A stretch of 64,000 nucleotides of DNA from Pelagomonas calceolata (taxonomy: Eukaryota), in contig CAKKNE010000005.1 in NCBI GenBank assembly GCA_918797485.1, forward strand, positions 4,526,001-4,590,000. Direction: 5' to 3'. A model generated the notes under the pieces. It searched no databases. It had not been told where the DNA came from and saw only the letters and a program-made list of their open reading frames with translations. Position numbers and translations under genes: made by a program. This document shows, piece by piece, positions 1-10,546 of the stretch (positions are counted from its first letter, which is position 1; each line of letters begins with the position of its first letter).

Positions 1-1070
1 TTCCGCTTCTGCTTCAGCGTCGACAGCCCCGGCCCGCGCTGCCGTTCCTGCACAGCCGTGAAGCGCCTTTTGGCGTAGGACCGCGCGCCGGCGTCGGCGA
101 GCAGCTCGCCCATGAGCCCGGTCTTCCGCTCTCGTTTCTTTAAAGTTCCGGACGCACCGTCGAACTTGCCCGCCACGACGGTCCCGAGCGCGGCGAACTC
201 GCTCGGCGCGTCCTGGCGCTTGTAGTGCCGCTTCGGGTCCGCGACGCCGCGCAACGCCAGCGCCGCGCGGTCGTCCGCACTGACCGTCGCGTCCGCGGGG
301 GGAAGACCGTACCACCCCGGCCCCGCGTCCTTGGCCGGCGCGCGCTTCTCGGCGCGCGTCTTGCGCTTCTTCCGTTTTGGCCCCTGGCCTGTCTGCGCGG
401 CGGCGAAGGCCCGCGCGAGCGCCGCGTCCGTGGCATCGTCCGTCCTCTCCGCTACTGCCGGCCGCGCGGCCTCGTCATCATCCGGCGCGTCCCGCAGCGC
501 GCGCTCGGCCCGGCGCGCCGTCCGCTCGAGCGCGTCGAGGCGCGCGGCGGCCGTCGCCGCGCGCAGGGCCCCGAAGTAGGCCGGCGCCGGCAGCTCCGCC
601 TCGCCGCCGTCGTACGCGACCCTTACAACGTTCGCGGCGGCGGGCGCGGCGTCGACGACGAAGAGCGGTGCCTCCTCCTCCTCCTCCGGCTCCTCTTGCT
701 CCTGCTGGCCCGCGTCGAAGTAGAGGGGCTCCCACTCGTCGAGGACGTCGCCCCGCGGCGGCTCGGCGCGCTTCGGCTTCGGCGACGCCTCGGCGCTCGA
801 CTTGCGGCGCGCGCGCGGCTTCGCGGCCGGCGCCGGCTTCGCGGCAGGCGCCGGCTTCGCGGCAGGCGCCGGCTCCGCGGCCTCGCTCGACTTGCGCCGC
901 GCGCGCGGCTTCGCGGCCGGCGCCGGCGCCTCGTCGGCGCTGCTCTTTCTTCGCCCGCGCGGCTTGGCCGCTGGTGCGGGACTGCTATCCGAGCTCTTGC
1001 GCCGCGCGCGCGCTGGCGACGCTTTTTTGGCTGGGCTGCTGGAGGAGGCACCTCCCCTCGTCGAGACCAT
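1..1070 (-). CDS. FCF2: Fcf2/DNTTIP2-like pre-rRNA processing protein (3' end runs off the window)
   Basis: Not in the ORF track because it has no stop inside the window. Translated by hand from ATG 1070: MVSTRGG, Ala/Pro/Lys repeats, then GPGWYGLP..LRGVADPKRHYK..LGTVVAGKFDG..LRKRERKTGLMGELLAD..YAKRRF, matching the Fcf2 domain. Confidence 0.8.
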   Translation of the reverse strand, partial: MVSTRGGASSSSPAKKASPARARRKSSDSSPAPAAKPRGRRKSSADEAPAPAAKPRARRKSSEAAEPAPAAKPAPAAKPAPAAKPRARRKSSAEASPKPKRAEPPRGDVLDEWEPLYFDAGQQEQEEPEEEEEAPLFVVDAAPAAANVVRVAYDGGEAELPAPAYFGALRAATAAARLDALERTARRAERALRDAPDDDEAARPAVAERTDDATDAALARAFAAAQTGQGPKRKKRKTRAEKRAPAKDAGPGWYGLPPADATVSADDRAALALRGVADPKRHYKRQDAPSEFAALGTVVAGKFDGASGTLKKRERKTGLMGELLADAGARSYAKRRFTAVQERQRGPGLSTLKQKR

Positions 1071-1377
1071 CCTTTTAGACGCGCTGCCACTTAGGCGCGG
1101 CAAAAATGCAGCGCGCAGTAGCTTATGACGAATCGCTAGTGACAGTAGTGCCTCAAAAGCCCGGTCTGCAACTTCGCTCTCGCGCGTCCAGCTAGGAGAG
1201 ACACACTAGAATACAGCCAAAATCGCGCCGAGGCCACGTAGCGGTACACAGGCGCCAGGGACTGCCAGAATTCTTCGCACACGCTCATCTGTACGTAGCG
1301 ATTCAGCCCTCGCGAAGACGCGATCCGTTTCGCCGTATAACACAAACAGAGCTGGCAGCATCCAAAAGCAGAGATCG

Positions 1378-1560
1378 ATGCTCGGCAACCTCTTCCGCCA
1401 GAAGACGGGCGTCGTACTAAGGAGGAGGGCCGGCGACTGGCACATGTACGTGATCGGCGCGTTCGCCGGTGTGGTAGGTGGATTCTACATCTGGCTCGAG
1501 CCCCTGCGCCAGCTCCAGCTCGAGGGCATCCGCAAAGCGAAGGAAGAGGAGAAGAAATGA
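1378..1560 (+). CDS. 60-aa single-TM microprotein, PIGBOS1-like
   Basis: Hydrophobic segment IGAFAGVVGGFYIWLEPL followed by a charged tail, resembling PIGBOS1 GIAGGVYIF.P; coding-like codon use; stop overlaps the APE2 ATG (ATGA). Confidence 0.55.
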   Translation: MLGNLFRQKTGVVLRRRAGDWHMYVIGAFAGVVGGFYIWLEPLRQLQLEGIRKAKEEEKK

Positions 1561-3254
1561 GCCGTCTCCATCTAGTGAGCTGGAACGTCGCCGGCTGGCG
1601 CACGGCTTTGGACGAGATCACGCGCACGACGCGACGGGGCCCCGCGGCCACGACCAAAAAGGTCGAAGAAAAACAAGCCTGCGTCGCGACGTGGTTGGAG
1701 CGGCTAGATGCCGACGTCGTCTGCTTGCAAGAAACCAAACTCACCTCGAAGCAAGTCGAGCAGGACGCCAGAGCTTTATGCGCGTCGGCCGACGGCGACG
1801 CGTGGCAGTCGTTCTGGGCGTGCAACGACGGCAAGGAGGGGCAGCGGGCCGGTTTAAATGGTGTCGCTACCTTTGTTAGAAATAAGGCGTTTGGCGTCGT
1901 GCGGGCTTCATCTAGACCTCTAGGCGAGAAGGAGCTCGACGACGAGGGCCGCTGCGTCTTGACGGACCACGGCACTTTTGTATTATTCAACGCCTACGTG
2001 CCCAACGGTTCTGGTGGCAAACGCCTCGCGTACAAGTTGAGGTGGCTCACGGCCTTGAGGCGCTCGATGACCGCCGAGCGCCAGAAGGGCAAGCACGTGC
2101 TACTTGCGGGCGATTTGAATTGCGCCGTCGCGCCGAAGGACCGGTGCTTCCTCCACCGTGGTTTGGATGCGTCTCAATTACAAAAGGCCGCTCAACTAGT
2201 GACCGACGCCAAGGCGAAAAGTATGATAGCGCAAGCCGCCGAGGCGTGGCCCGCCGTGCGGGACGCATTGAGAAATCGAACGGTCGTCGCGTGCTCGACG
2301 GCGAACAGTAGGACGGGCGAGACCTTCAGCAAGTTTAGGTGTAGAGCCATCCACACCAAAACGGGCGACGCGGTCCAGCTGTCGCCCGCCGAGACTTCAG
2401 AGAGTTACGCGTCGTCGTCGTATGAAGTCGACGGCGTCGGCGTCGAAAGTGATGGCGAAGTGGTCCTGGGCTCGACGCGGGGCCGCTTTCTCGTGAGGGG
2501 GCCCAATCAATTGACGGGGGCGTGCCTCCGCGAGGCCCTTACCAAATTAAGCGGCGTCGCCCTATCAAATGATCATCTGAAGCTCGCCGCGGCGTCGGGC
2601 GCGCTGGACCCGCCGCAGGACGCGCCGACGGCGTTCGGGGCGGCTCCAGTTAGTTCGGAGGCGTGGTTGCGGGGTTTGTTGCGAGACGGCTTTGTCGATT
2701 CTTTAGATGCGCTGCATCCGCAACGCACGGATCGCTTCACGTGCTGGAACCAGTATACCAATAGAAGGTACGACAACGAGGGCTCGCGCATCGACTACGT
2801 CATTGTCGACGAGGCCTTGTGGCGTTCATCGAGCCCCGTCGCCGGGACGCTGGATGGTGGACGTAGGAATGGCAACGCGCTCGACGCGTGCACGCTCGAC
2901 GGCCGCTGGCAGCCCGCGGGCTTCGACGGCAGTGGAATTAGAGACGGCCGCGCCGAGGACTACACCTATCATACGTCGCGGCCGCCGCACACGGGCATCA
3001 TATACACGCCGCCGACGTGGTCCGACCACGTCGCCGTGTCGCTGCTGCTCACGCGCGTGCCCGTTTCCACGGAGAAGGCGCCGAAGAAGGCGGCGGGCGA
3101 CGCGCAGCCTCACGCGCGGGTCGCGCGCATCACGTCCTTCTTCGCGGCCCGCGCGCCCGGGGCCGCGCCGCCGCGCCGCCCGACGCCGCCGCCGGCGCCG
3201 CCCGCGAAGAAGCCCAAGAAGACGATCCAGGAGTTCTTCGGCGCCAAGAAATAA
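1557..3254 (+). CDS. APE2: AP endonuclease 2 / exonuclease III family
   Basis: EEP motifs SWNVAG, CLQETK, YVPN, LAGDLN, FTCW..GSRIDY, SDH; C-terminal PIP-box-like ITSFF and IQEFF. Confidence 0.9.
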   Translation: MSRLHLVSWNVAGWRTALDEITRTTRRGPAATTKKVEEKQACVATWLERLDADVVCLQETKLTSKQVEQDARALCASADGDAWQSFWACNDGKEGQRAGLNGVATFVRNKAFGVVRASSRPLGEKELDDEGRCVLTDHGTFVLFNAYVPNGSGGKRLAYKLRWLTALRRSMTAERQKGKHVLLAGDLNCAVAPKDRCFLHRGLDASQLQKAAQLVTDAKAKSMIAQAAEAWPAVRDALRNRTVVACSTANSRTGETFSKFRCRAIHTKTGDAVQLSPAETSESYASSSYEVDGVGVESDGEVVLGSTRGRFLVRGPNQLTGACLREALTKLSGVALSNDHLKLAAASGALDPPQDAPTAFGAAPVSSEAWLRGLLRDGFVDSLDALHPQRTDRFTCWNQYTNRRYDNEGSRIDYVIVDEALWRSSSPVAGTLDGGRRNGNALDACTLDGRWQPAGFDGSGIRDGRAEDYTYHTSRPPHTGIIYTPPTWSDHVAVSLLLTRVPVSTEKAPKKAAGDAQPHARVARITSFFAARAPGAAPPRRPTPPPAPPAKKPKKTIQEFFGAKK

Positions 3255-3288
3255 CTTGACTACTTGTGAGGTAGTGGTCGGTAGTTAT

Positions 3289-4116
3289 TCACGGCCCGGT
3301 GTACTCCAAGGCCAGCATGGGGTCCTCCGGCTCGTCGACCGGCTCGTCGGGGGAAGACACCGGCGCGGGCGGCGGCGCTTCCGGAGATGCGAGCGCGGCG
3401 TCGATCTTCGCGCCCGGCGAGGGGGGCGAGGGCGGCGCGACCGTGGCCGGCGACAGCGGCTCCGGCGGCGGCGAGCGGCGCCCGCGGGACGACGCCCGGG
3501 GCTTCTTCGCGGGCCGCGCGGACTTCTTCTTCGTCGTCGACGACGCGTAGTTCTTCTTCTCGCACTTGCTGACCGTGATGATGTGCACGACGTCGAGGCC
3601 CTCCTCCTCGACTTCCTCCGCGAAGACCTCGGACCGGCAGTGCACGATGACGCGGACGCCGTAGGAGCGGGGGTTCGGATCCGCGTCGCGCGCCGGGTCC
3701 ACGATGACGTAGGAGTTGGTTCTGTCTTCGAAGTAGTACTTCTCGAGCTCTTCGCTCTGGTGCGTCTTCGTGAGCTGGTTCCCGCCCTGTTGGGTGATTA
3801 CGGCGCGACCGCCGGGGTGGACGTAGCGCTCGTCGGCGGCGGGTGCCTTGTGCTGAGACCCCCGCACGACGACCATGACCGTCACGCCCGGCGGCACATT
3901 GCCGAGCTCCGCCCAGAGAGGAGAGTCCGCGAGGTACCGGTTCAGAATCCCGGGTTTCCGGTGCTGCGTCGTCTGGCAGACGTGGACGCCGTGGAAGATG
4001 TGCCCGTCGTTGTTGACCCGCTGCTTGATGCCCTTCCAGTCACCGTGCTCCCCGAGTGTGAGGAGAGCCGAGGCGTACTCGAGCGGGTGCTTCTTCAGCG
4101 AATCGTCGTTGACCAT
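3289..4116 (-). CDS. Hypothetical protein with Pro/Ser-rich C-terminus
   Basis: Open frame with coding-like composition from MVNDDSL (ATG 4116); no recognised domain. Confidence 0.5.
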   Translation of the reverse strand: MVNDDSLKKHPLEYASALLTLGEHGDWKGIKQRVNNDGHIFHGVHVCQTTQHRKPGILNRYLADSPLWAELGNVPPGVTVMVVVRGSQHKAPAADERYVHPGGRAVITQQGGNQLTKTHQSEELEKYYFEDRTNSYVIVDPARDADPNPRSYGVRVIVHCRSEVFAEEVEEEGLDVVHIITVSKCEKKNYASSTTKKKSARPAKKPRASSRGRRSPPPEPLSPATVAPPSPPSPGAKIDAALASPEAPPPAPVSSPDEPVDEPEDPMLALEYTGP

Positions 4117-4724
4117 CGGCCTGCGTGCGGACGCACCGGGTTGCGTCCACTTGCGTGGGCGGGCGGTCGCGATTGCGGTGGCTACCAACGGCCGAGTGTA
4201 AACCACCCGCGCGGGGTCGGCGGTCAACCGGCGCCAGCGCGCGCGGCGTGCAAAGGACCGCCGCGAACACGGAGCGCGACGCAGCGGGCAGGGGACCGGC
4301 ACCAGCACCGTCGTCGTCGCGCTGTTGCAATCTGAAGGCGCTATGGGTTCGCGCTGGAGCCGAACTCTCCAAGGGAACACTTTTTTTCGGGTCAGTTCTG
4401 GCTACCAACGCGTGCTAGGGGCGCTATATTGGCTTGATTGTGAACGTCTTTTCGCGCCGCACGAGGTTTTAGGCCGTTGCTTGCGTGGGATGGCGCGGCC
4501 GTAAGTGAAATGAGCCTAGCGAACACGAATACTAGACTTTCTGGAGCCGCCTCCTGTTTGTCCTGTCTCAATACTTTTCGGCGAACCCCCCGAAGAGTCT
4601 TCTACGAGCCACGAGTGCAGGCGCGATTGCACGGGTTTCGAGCGGGTAGCCCAACAAAGCGCTGTGGTACAGCGCACCAGTGTACGCGCGCAACGGCTGC
4701 CCCACAACTCACGCAAACGAAGCG

Positions 4725-6350
4725 ATGGCAGCCGACCTCGCGCGCGACGTCGCATCGATGGCGCGCGCCGCCCGCGACGACAAAGACGGCCACGAAGGCC
4801 TGATCAGGCAATTGGAGCATCTCCAGCCCCGCATCGATGGCATCTTGGCGCGCGTCAACGACGACGGCAGCGACCAACACGCCAACGACCTGCGGCGCTG
4901 GGTTGTGGTATTAGTGACGCGCATCGCGGCCGCGGCGCACGCCGAGGCGCCGCGCGGCGCCGACGTCGTGGAGCTCGTCGGGGCCGCGCACGCGCCGCAA
5001 GCAGTTGTGAATGCTTTCGACGAACTGGACAACGAGCTCGAGCGGTGGGCTGTGTGTCTTGAAGATTTAACCTTACCAACAGCCTACTACTTGAACGACG
5101 AGGACGACGACGCCCCCATCGCCATCAGGGCCAAGGTTTTTGGTGGGAGGGCGTCGGCCATCGCGAAGGCGTTGCTCGATGCGAAGATCCTCCCAAAGCT
5201 GTTTGAACGTAAAGCGGACGACGCTGCGCTCACCACAACTCTGGCCGCAGTGGCGAACACGATGACGCGCGCGACGGCCTTCCAGGCGAAGCTGAGGAGA
5301 CACGTGGCCTGCGACTGCGGCGACGTGGCCATCGTTATTTTGGATATGTTGGAACGGTGTTGTGTCGATTGCGACGCGCGGAAGTGGCTCCGATTGATGA
5401 CGCTGACGCGGGTACTGGTGGTGATCACGTTCAAACTCAGGGCGGCGCGGAAAAGTGTTTGTCAAAGGAACCCCACTGAAAAACTACTAAATATCTGCGG
5501 CCCGTTCCGGGGCGAGGGTTCGCTAGTTGCACTCCTCATCAAGCTCAACACGAATATCGATGGAGGCTTCGGCCCTTCTTGGAAAAGGGACGCCGAGGCT
5601 CATATGAGGTTATTGGGAGACGCCGCCGCATCACTGGATAGCACCGCGCGCGAGATGTTAAGAAGGCACATGGCGTTGCATGACGACGTGCCGGTCAATA
5701 GGGGCGGCCGGGCCTGGCCCATCTTTTCGAAACTTGTGGCGGCCCGTTCATCGCCGCGCGCGGAGGCGAAGGCAGCGTCTCCTCGAAGCTCGTGCGGCTC
5801 GATGGACTCGCGCGACAGCTGGAACGGCTCGCCAGATCGAATGCGCGCCCCGCAGAACACGCCGGCCAAGGCGACGTCACCTACGAATACCTTCGACGAC
5901 TTTGATGGGGCCGGCCGGCCCGTGCGGATAGCGTTCTGCGAGCGCCTCGCGAAGGCGCTCGGCGACGTCCGCGAGGACCTGAGCGACGGGACGCCGTCGC
6001 CTCCCAAGCTCGCGCCGCCCAAAACGTTGTATACGCCCCATCGCCTGCCGCCCTTGGCTCAGGCGGCGCCCGAGGCGTACCTCTGTGCCTTGACGAAGGC
6101 GCTGATGGACGAACCCGTCAGAATTCCCGGTACGGCACTCGCCGTCGACCGGTGCGCGCTGGGCGACCGCGTCGCTTCTGGTAATCGCACGTGGCCCGTG
6201 ACGGACGCGCCGTTGGACGCGGACCCCGAGGACTTAGATGTTGATGAAGATCTCGCGAGGGAGATCAGCAAGTACAAGTTCCAGGCGCTCCTGCCCAAGG
6301 GGCCTCCACTAGTTCCGGAGCCTGTGCGGTTCGCCAGCGCGAAGGGGTAG
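4725..6350 (+). CDS. U-box domain protein
   Basis: C-terminal PEAYLCALTKALMDEPV..DR..WPVTDAPL..DEDLAREI matches U-box; start taken at MAADLAR. Confidence 0.75.
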   Translation: MAADLARDVASMARAARDDKDGHEGLIRQLEHLQPRIDGILARVNDDGSDQHANDLRRWVVVLVTRIAAAAHAEAPRGADVVELVGAAHAPQAVVNAFDELDNELERWAVCLEDLTLPTAYYLNDEDDDAPIAIRAKVFGGRASAIAKALLDAKILPKLFERKADDAALTTTLAAVANTMTRATAFQAKLRRHVACDCGDVAIVILDMLERCCVDCDARKWLRLMTLTRVLVVITFKLRAARKSVCQRNPTEKLLNICGPFRGEGSLVALLIKLNTNIDGGFGPSWKRDAEAHMRLLGDAAASLDSTAREMLRRHMALHDDVPVNRGGRAWPIFSKLVAARSSPRAEAKAASPRSSCGSMDSRDSWNGSPDRMRAPQNTPAKATSPTNTFDDFDGAGRPVRIAFCERLAKALGDVREDLSDGTPSPPKLAPPKTLYTPHRLPPLAQAAPEAYLCALTKALMDEPVRIPGTALAVDRCALGDRVASGNRTWPVTDAPLDADPEDLDVDEDLAREISKYKFQALLPKGPPLVPEPVRFASAKG

Positions 6351-6382
6351 TAAGAACACACTGTATACCTTATTGCACACTA

Positions 6383-7927
6383 CTAGGAGTCCGGCGTCAC
6401 GTCGCCGTGGATCTGGTCGGCGATGTCGCCGCCGACGCCGTTGAACGCCTCGTAAAGTTTCAGCACGAGACCGGTCGCGACAAGCACGACGACAATCATC
6501 AATAGCATCGCCGCTCTCATATGATCGTGCGGCCCCAGCGAGTCGCCTCTTCTAAACCGTGACGCGTTCGCCCGCGTCGACGTCGAATGTAATACGAGGA
6601 CCATCGGAGCGATGAAGTCGATGGCCGCATTTAATATTAATCCTGACCACGACAGCACTTCCAATATCCCATGTCCTCTGTACACGAGCCAGGACACGGC
6701 CCAGGGGCCCGCGCCTGCTAGAATATGAGACCAGAACTCACTCAACCCGCCCGCCCTCAAATTATAGCGCATCAGGACGCAGTAGACCGGCACGCCCAGC
6801 CCAATAATCGCGAAGGCGAAGATTCCACCGCCCAACCTTACGGACGTAGGCGCCAATGAGGACGTGAGCTCATCTAAGACATTGTCCGACGCCCGCGCGA
6901 TGGCGACGCCTCCCAACCAGCCCACTAAACAGTAGGCCACAGCGGAAGATAAACAAGCCGCCCAGATTGTCTTTTTGGCGTTTACTTGTGGTACCTTCTC
7001 GTTGAGCCAGGCCGGCACCGTGACACAGAACGCGAAGTTGAAGATGACGACGCCGACGACGTCCCAGGGCCGCGGACCCACGAGAGCCACCCTCGACGGT
7101 GTGGGGCTCGTCACGAAATAAGCCAGGAACTGCAGCGTCAACGCCACCAATAAAACGAACGAGATCTTCTGCGCGAGCATGTTCTCTTGTAATGTAAAAA
7201 AACCGAGGGGCCCCAGCGTCAAGAAGCAGAACGCGTAGCCCGCCGTCAGGAGTAGTCCAGGCGCCGCCAGGCGAAACGGGACGCAGCCTTCTCTTTTGCA
7301 TCCTTCCCATGTCTCTATCGTGAAGTGAGGCACATTCAAAGCATAGGAGTCGCCAAAAAGCGCGGCGATCATGCTATCAGTAGCTTGGGCAGTGGTGACG
7401 ATCGCCGCGACGTTCTGCGAAAACAAGTTGAGGAAGTACAGTAATTGTGTTCCTCGAAAAATAGTACCGCCGTAGGCCGCGCCGAACATCTCGGAGAACT
7501 CGACGCTATCTGTTTGTACTTCCTTCCAGGACCGCGCGCGCCACCGGCCCGCCCTCGTTCGCGACGTCGGGTTCGTGGCGTGCGTGGCCTTTTCCTTTCT
7601 CAGGGAAGCGTGGGCATCTGTAAGAGCGCAGGCGACCGCCGCGGACACGGCCGCCACGCCCAGGATGCATAATACACAGGGAAGCCACCCCGCGGCTTGA
7701 AAAGCCTGGGGAAAGTCGAGCATGCCCGGCCCGCTGATGTTGTTCACTACCAGCGCATAGGAGCCGAAGGCGCCTATCAACGCGACGCCGTGCGGCAGCG
7801 TCGTCCGGCCGAAGGGCTTGCTGTTCGCGCGGCCGTAGTTCCTTTCTTCGTCGAGCTCGATCTCGGCGGCGCCGTAGCTCGAGCGTTCTTGCTGCATGGG
7901 ACTGGTCGGCGGCGTATAGTGGTGCAT
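6383..7927 (-). CDS. Amino-acid transporter (AAAP/Aa_trans family)
   Basis: About 11 hydrophobic segments; NNISGPGMLDFPQAFQAAGW signature. Confidence 0.85.
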   Translation of the reverse strand: MHHYTPPTSPMQQERSSYGAAEIELDEERNYGRANSKPFGRTTLPHGVALIGAFGSYALVVNNISGPGMLDFPQAFQAAGWLPCVLCILGVAAVSAAVACALTDAHASLRKEKATHATNPTSRTRAGRWRARSWKEVQTDSVEFSEMFGAAYGGTIFRGTQLLYFLNLFSQNVAAIVTTAQATDSMIAALFGDSYALNVPHFTIETWEGCKREGCVPFRLAAPGLLLTAGYAFCFLTLGPLGFFTLQENMLAQKISFVLLVALTLQFLAYFVTSPTPSRVALVGPRPWDVVGVVIFNFAFCVTVPAWLNEKVPQVNAKKTIWAACLSSAVAYCLVGWLGGVAIARASDNVLDELTSSLAPTSVRLGGGIFAFAIIGLGVPVYCVLMRYNLRAGGLSEFWSHILAGAGPWAVSWLVYRGHGILEVLSWSGLILNAAIDFIAPMVLVLHSTSTRANASRFRRGDSLGPHDHMRAAMLLMIVVVLVATGLVLKLYEAFNGVGGDIADQIHGDVTPDS

Positions 7928-8198
7928 GCACCACCTCCAGTGATTGCTGCTGCTGCAGTTTTCGCAGCGCGGCCGCGAGGGCTGGACACCGGTTCAATTT
8001 CGGGCAACAAATCACTAATCGCAAGCGTATCTGCTGCAGCGTTGGCTCTCCGAGGAATGCAGCAATGAATTGCAGGCTGGGACAGGCTTGAGATGGTGCC
8101 GAGCATGGAGCTCTGCTGGAGCCCTCGGCCACCTGCATTGAGTCCTGCGACGCGTCAGCGTACGCATCCATGGCTCCCGTCCGCGAGCGGCCGCATCC

Positions 8199-8222
8199 CT
8201 AGTGTCTTTACAAGCCGCTAGC
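8199..8222 (+). promoter_or_regulatory. 24-bp CTAG-flanked palindromic intergenic motif
   Basis: CTAGTGTCTTTACAAGCCGCTAGC in the divergent spacer 7927/8391. Confidence 0.6.
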
Positions 8223-8390
8223 TCACATTTTGTCCGCATCGCCGGAGCTCAGTAGAAGCCGCAGCGGTTGCACACGTGCGATTGACGGAATCTCTACGAG
8301 ATTACTCATCACCGCTGTCGACAGCGGCGCGAGCGAGCGCCCACCGGCAACACACCAAGCAGCACAAGGCAGCACTTCACTGCAGCAAAA

Positions 8391-10301
8391 ATGAAGTACC
8401 TCCAGCGCCGCCGCCGCTGGATAAGAGCACAAAAGTTCTGGGCCTGGTTGAGAGCCAAGCGCGAGCAGGAGTACCTCGACGCGGCGTCCGAGTCGTCGTC
8501 CGAGGAGTCCGAGGAGTCCAGCAGCGGTAGTGACGGAGACGTCAAGGTCCTGATCTTCGAGGGCAACCCCGACGCGCGCTGGGTCAGCCCCCACTCCGAG
8601 GCTGGAAAAGCTGCCGCGGCCAAGGCGGCTTTAGATGATGATGCCTCGGGGAGCGGCTCCGCGACGCCAGTAGAAGACCCTGGGCAGATGTCCATGTCGC
8701 CCGTGCAGGACGACGACAGCGAAGACGACTTCGCGCCGGCGAAGCCCCAAGCGAACGACGATAGCTCGGACGACTTCGCACCGGCCAAGAAGAACGGCCA
8801 CGACGACGATAGTGAGGACGACTTCAAGGCAGCCCCACAACAACAACAGCAGCCGGGCGTCGCTGCATTATTGGGGGATTTGGACAGTGACGATAGCGAG
8901 GACGACGGCGACTACGACGATGCTGGTTCTGACGATATTGGCGACTCGTGGCTGTTGGATGTGGCCGAGCCCTTCTCGAGTGTGTTTGCGTCCACGCATC
9001 GACGTGTTGGATTAGCTTATGACGAGCTCATGGCTAGACATGAGGACAACGCGTCGAATCATCCCGAACGACCGGAACGGATCACGATGTCTTATGCTGA
9101 ACTAGGGCGGCAGGGGCTGTTGGAAAAAGTACAAAGAATCCCGCCGCGACGCGCTTCAGCTCAGGAGTTGTGTAGGGTGCACGAAGCGAGATACGTCGAA
9201 GCCACTATACAACTAGGTAGGAGGTGCGACGCCATTGTGAGAGAACAGAATTTGGAGATCATTGCTCGATTAAAACAGTGGCTCGGAGAAGTCGCGATGC
9301 GCGAGAACAGCGTATATTTGAACGAGTATTCCGTCGATTGTGCCTTGTTGTCCGCAGCGGGCGCCGTCGATGCCGTTTGTAAAGTGGCGGACGGCACGTA
9401 TCAGAACGCCGCGGCTTTGATCCGGCCGCCGGGCCACCACGCGGAGTGCCACTGCATGATGGGCTTCTGCCTGTATAATAATGTTGCGGTGGCAGCGGCA
9501 GCAGCATTACATCATCCGACGAAGCCCTGTAAAAGAATATTAGTGGTAGATTGGGACGTCCACCACGGCAACGGGACGCAGAACATGTTCGAGGGCGATC
9601 CTAGGGTGCTGTTTTGTTCTATTCACAGGCACGACCGGGGCAACTTCTACCCTCCCGGAGACGGGGGGGCTCCGTTCAAGGTCGGTGTCGGGAGAGGCGC
9701 GGGCTTTAACGTGAACGTCGGGTGGGACGGCGGCGGAAGCGGTGACGGTGATTATGTTTATGCCTTTGATGCATTTCTACTACCTCTCTTTCGCTTGTAT
9801 CGGCCGGAGCTTATTATTGTTTCCGCGGGTTTTGATAGCGCGCGCGGCGATCCTCTCGGTGGTTGTGATTTAACCCCGAAAGGCTACGCGCGGTTGCTCC
9901 ACAAGCTCATTGATTTGGAGCCTTCCAGAGGTGTGGCTCTATGTCTGGAAGGAGGCTACAATTGTATCAGTGTCTCGCGGTCCTACGCGGCGTGCGTCGG
10001 TGCTTTACTCGGTGCGGAGCGGCCCGACGACGACGTACCGGAGGCGTCGTTACGAGCGAAACGCGCCGTCGCGGAGACCGCGCGGCACGTCGCGCCGCAC
10101 TGGCCCAAGCTCCACAAGGCCGAGAAGCGGTGCCGCAAGGCCTACATGAGAGCCTTCAAGGCCCACCTCGCGCTCGCGGCGGCGCAGCCGACGCCTCAAG
10201 GGGGGGAGATGGACCTCGAGCCGCCGGGGTTTGGATGGAGTATGCCGGCCTTCGCCGCGTCGATCCCCCTGGCGGACGACGGTGGCGGCGGCGGCGTGTA
10301 A
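8391..10301 (+). CDS. Class II histone deacetylase with acidic N-terminus
   Basis: HPERPERI, RPPGHHAE, GFCLYNN, DWDVHHGNGTQ, SAGFD, LEGGY motifs. Confidence 0.95.
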   Translation: MKYLQRRRRWIRAQKFWAWLRAKREQEYLDAASESSSEESEESSSGSDGDVKVLIFEGNPDARWVSPHSEAGKAAAAKAALDDDASGSGSATPVEDPGQMSMSPVQDDDSEDDFAPAKPQANDDSSDDFAPAKKNGHDDDSEDDFKAAPQQQQQPGVAALLGDLDSDDSEDDGDYDDAGSDDIGDSWLLDVAEPFSSVFASTHRRVGLAYDELMARHEDNASNHPERPERITMSYAELGRQGLLEKVQRIPPRRASAQELCRVHEARYVEATIQLGRRCDAIVREQNLEIIARLKQWLGEVAMRENSVYLNEYSVDCALLSAAGAVDAVCKVADGTYQNAAALIRPPGHHAECHCMMGFCLYNNVAVAAAAALHHPTKPCKRILVVDWDVHHGNGTQNMFEGDPRVLFCSIHRHDRGNFYPPGDGGAPFKVGVGRGAGFNVNVGWDGGGSGDGDYVYAFDAFLLPLFRLYRPELIIVSAGFDSARGDPLGGCDLTPKGYARLLHKLIDLEPSRGVALCLEGGYNCISVSRSYAACVGALLGAERPDDDVPEASLRAKRAVAETARHVAPHWPKLHKAEKRCRKAYMRAFKAHLALAAAQPTPQGGEMDLEPPGFGWSMPAFAASIPLADDGGGGGV

Positions 10302-10323
10302 AGTTCTCTATATCTATACGTTT

Positions 10324-10365
10324 GCTAGTGTCTTACCGGCCGCTAGCGTCCTGTGACACACTAGC
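10324..10365. promoter_or_regulatory. Double, opposed copy of the 24-bp motif
   Basis: GCTAGTGTCTTACCGGCCGCTAGC (10324-10347) overlaps a reverse copy GCTAGCGTCCTGTGACACACTAGC (10342-10365); they share the central GCTAGC. Confidence 0.65.
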
Positions 10366-10546
10366 CTGCAAACAGGAGGGTCGTCTTGTGTTTGCGCCGG
10401 CGCAGAGAGGGCGCACGGGCATACTCGTGCCTCGACGGCCGCGCGGCGACCGCAGACGTCGCGCCGCAGGACGCGGGCAGCCGCGCGTTCCGCGGGGAGG
10501 CGGCTTTAGCTGCTCCAAACAAGCTACACCACTTCTTCATAGACCG

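Noticed and set aside
140..1128. Long Arg/Ala/Pro-rich ORFs in the track (225..1094, 377..1078, 623..1090 and others)
   Set aside because: Shadow frames of the Fcf2 gene in very GC-rich DNA; the same applies to most overlapping ORFs across the window.
1191..1209. CTAG pairs at about 1192-1209 and 4516-4535 as motif copies
   Set aside because: Wrong spacing and a poor match to the core; too degenerate to call.
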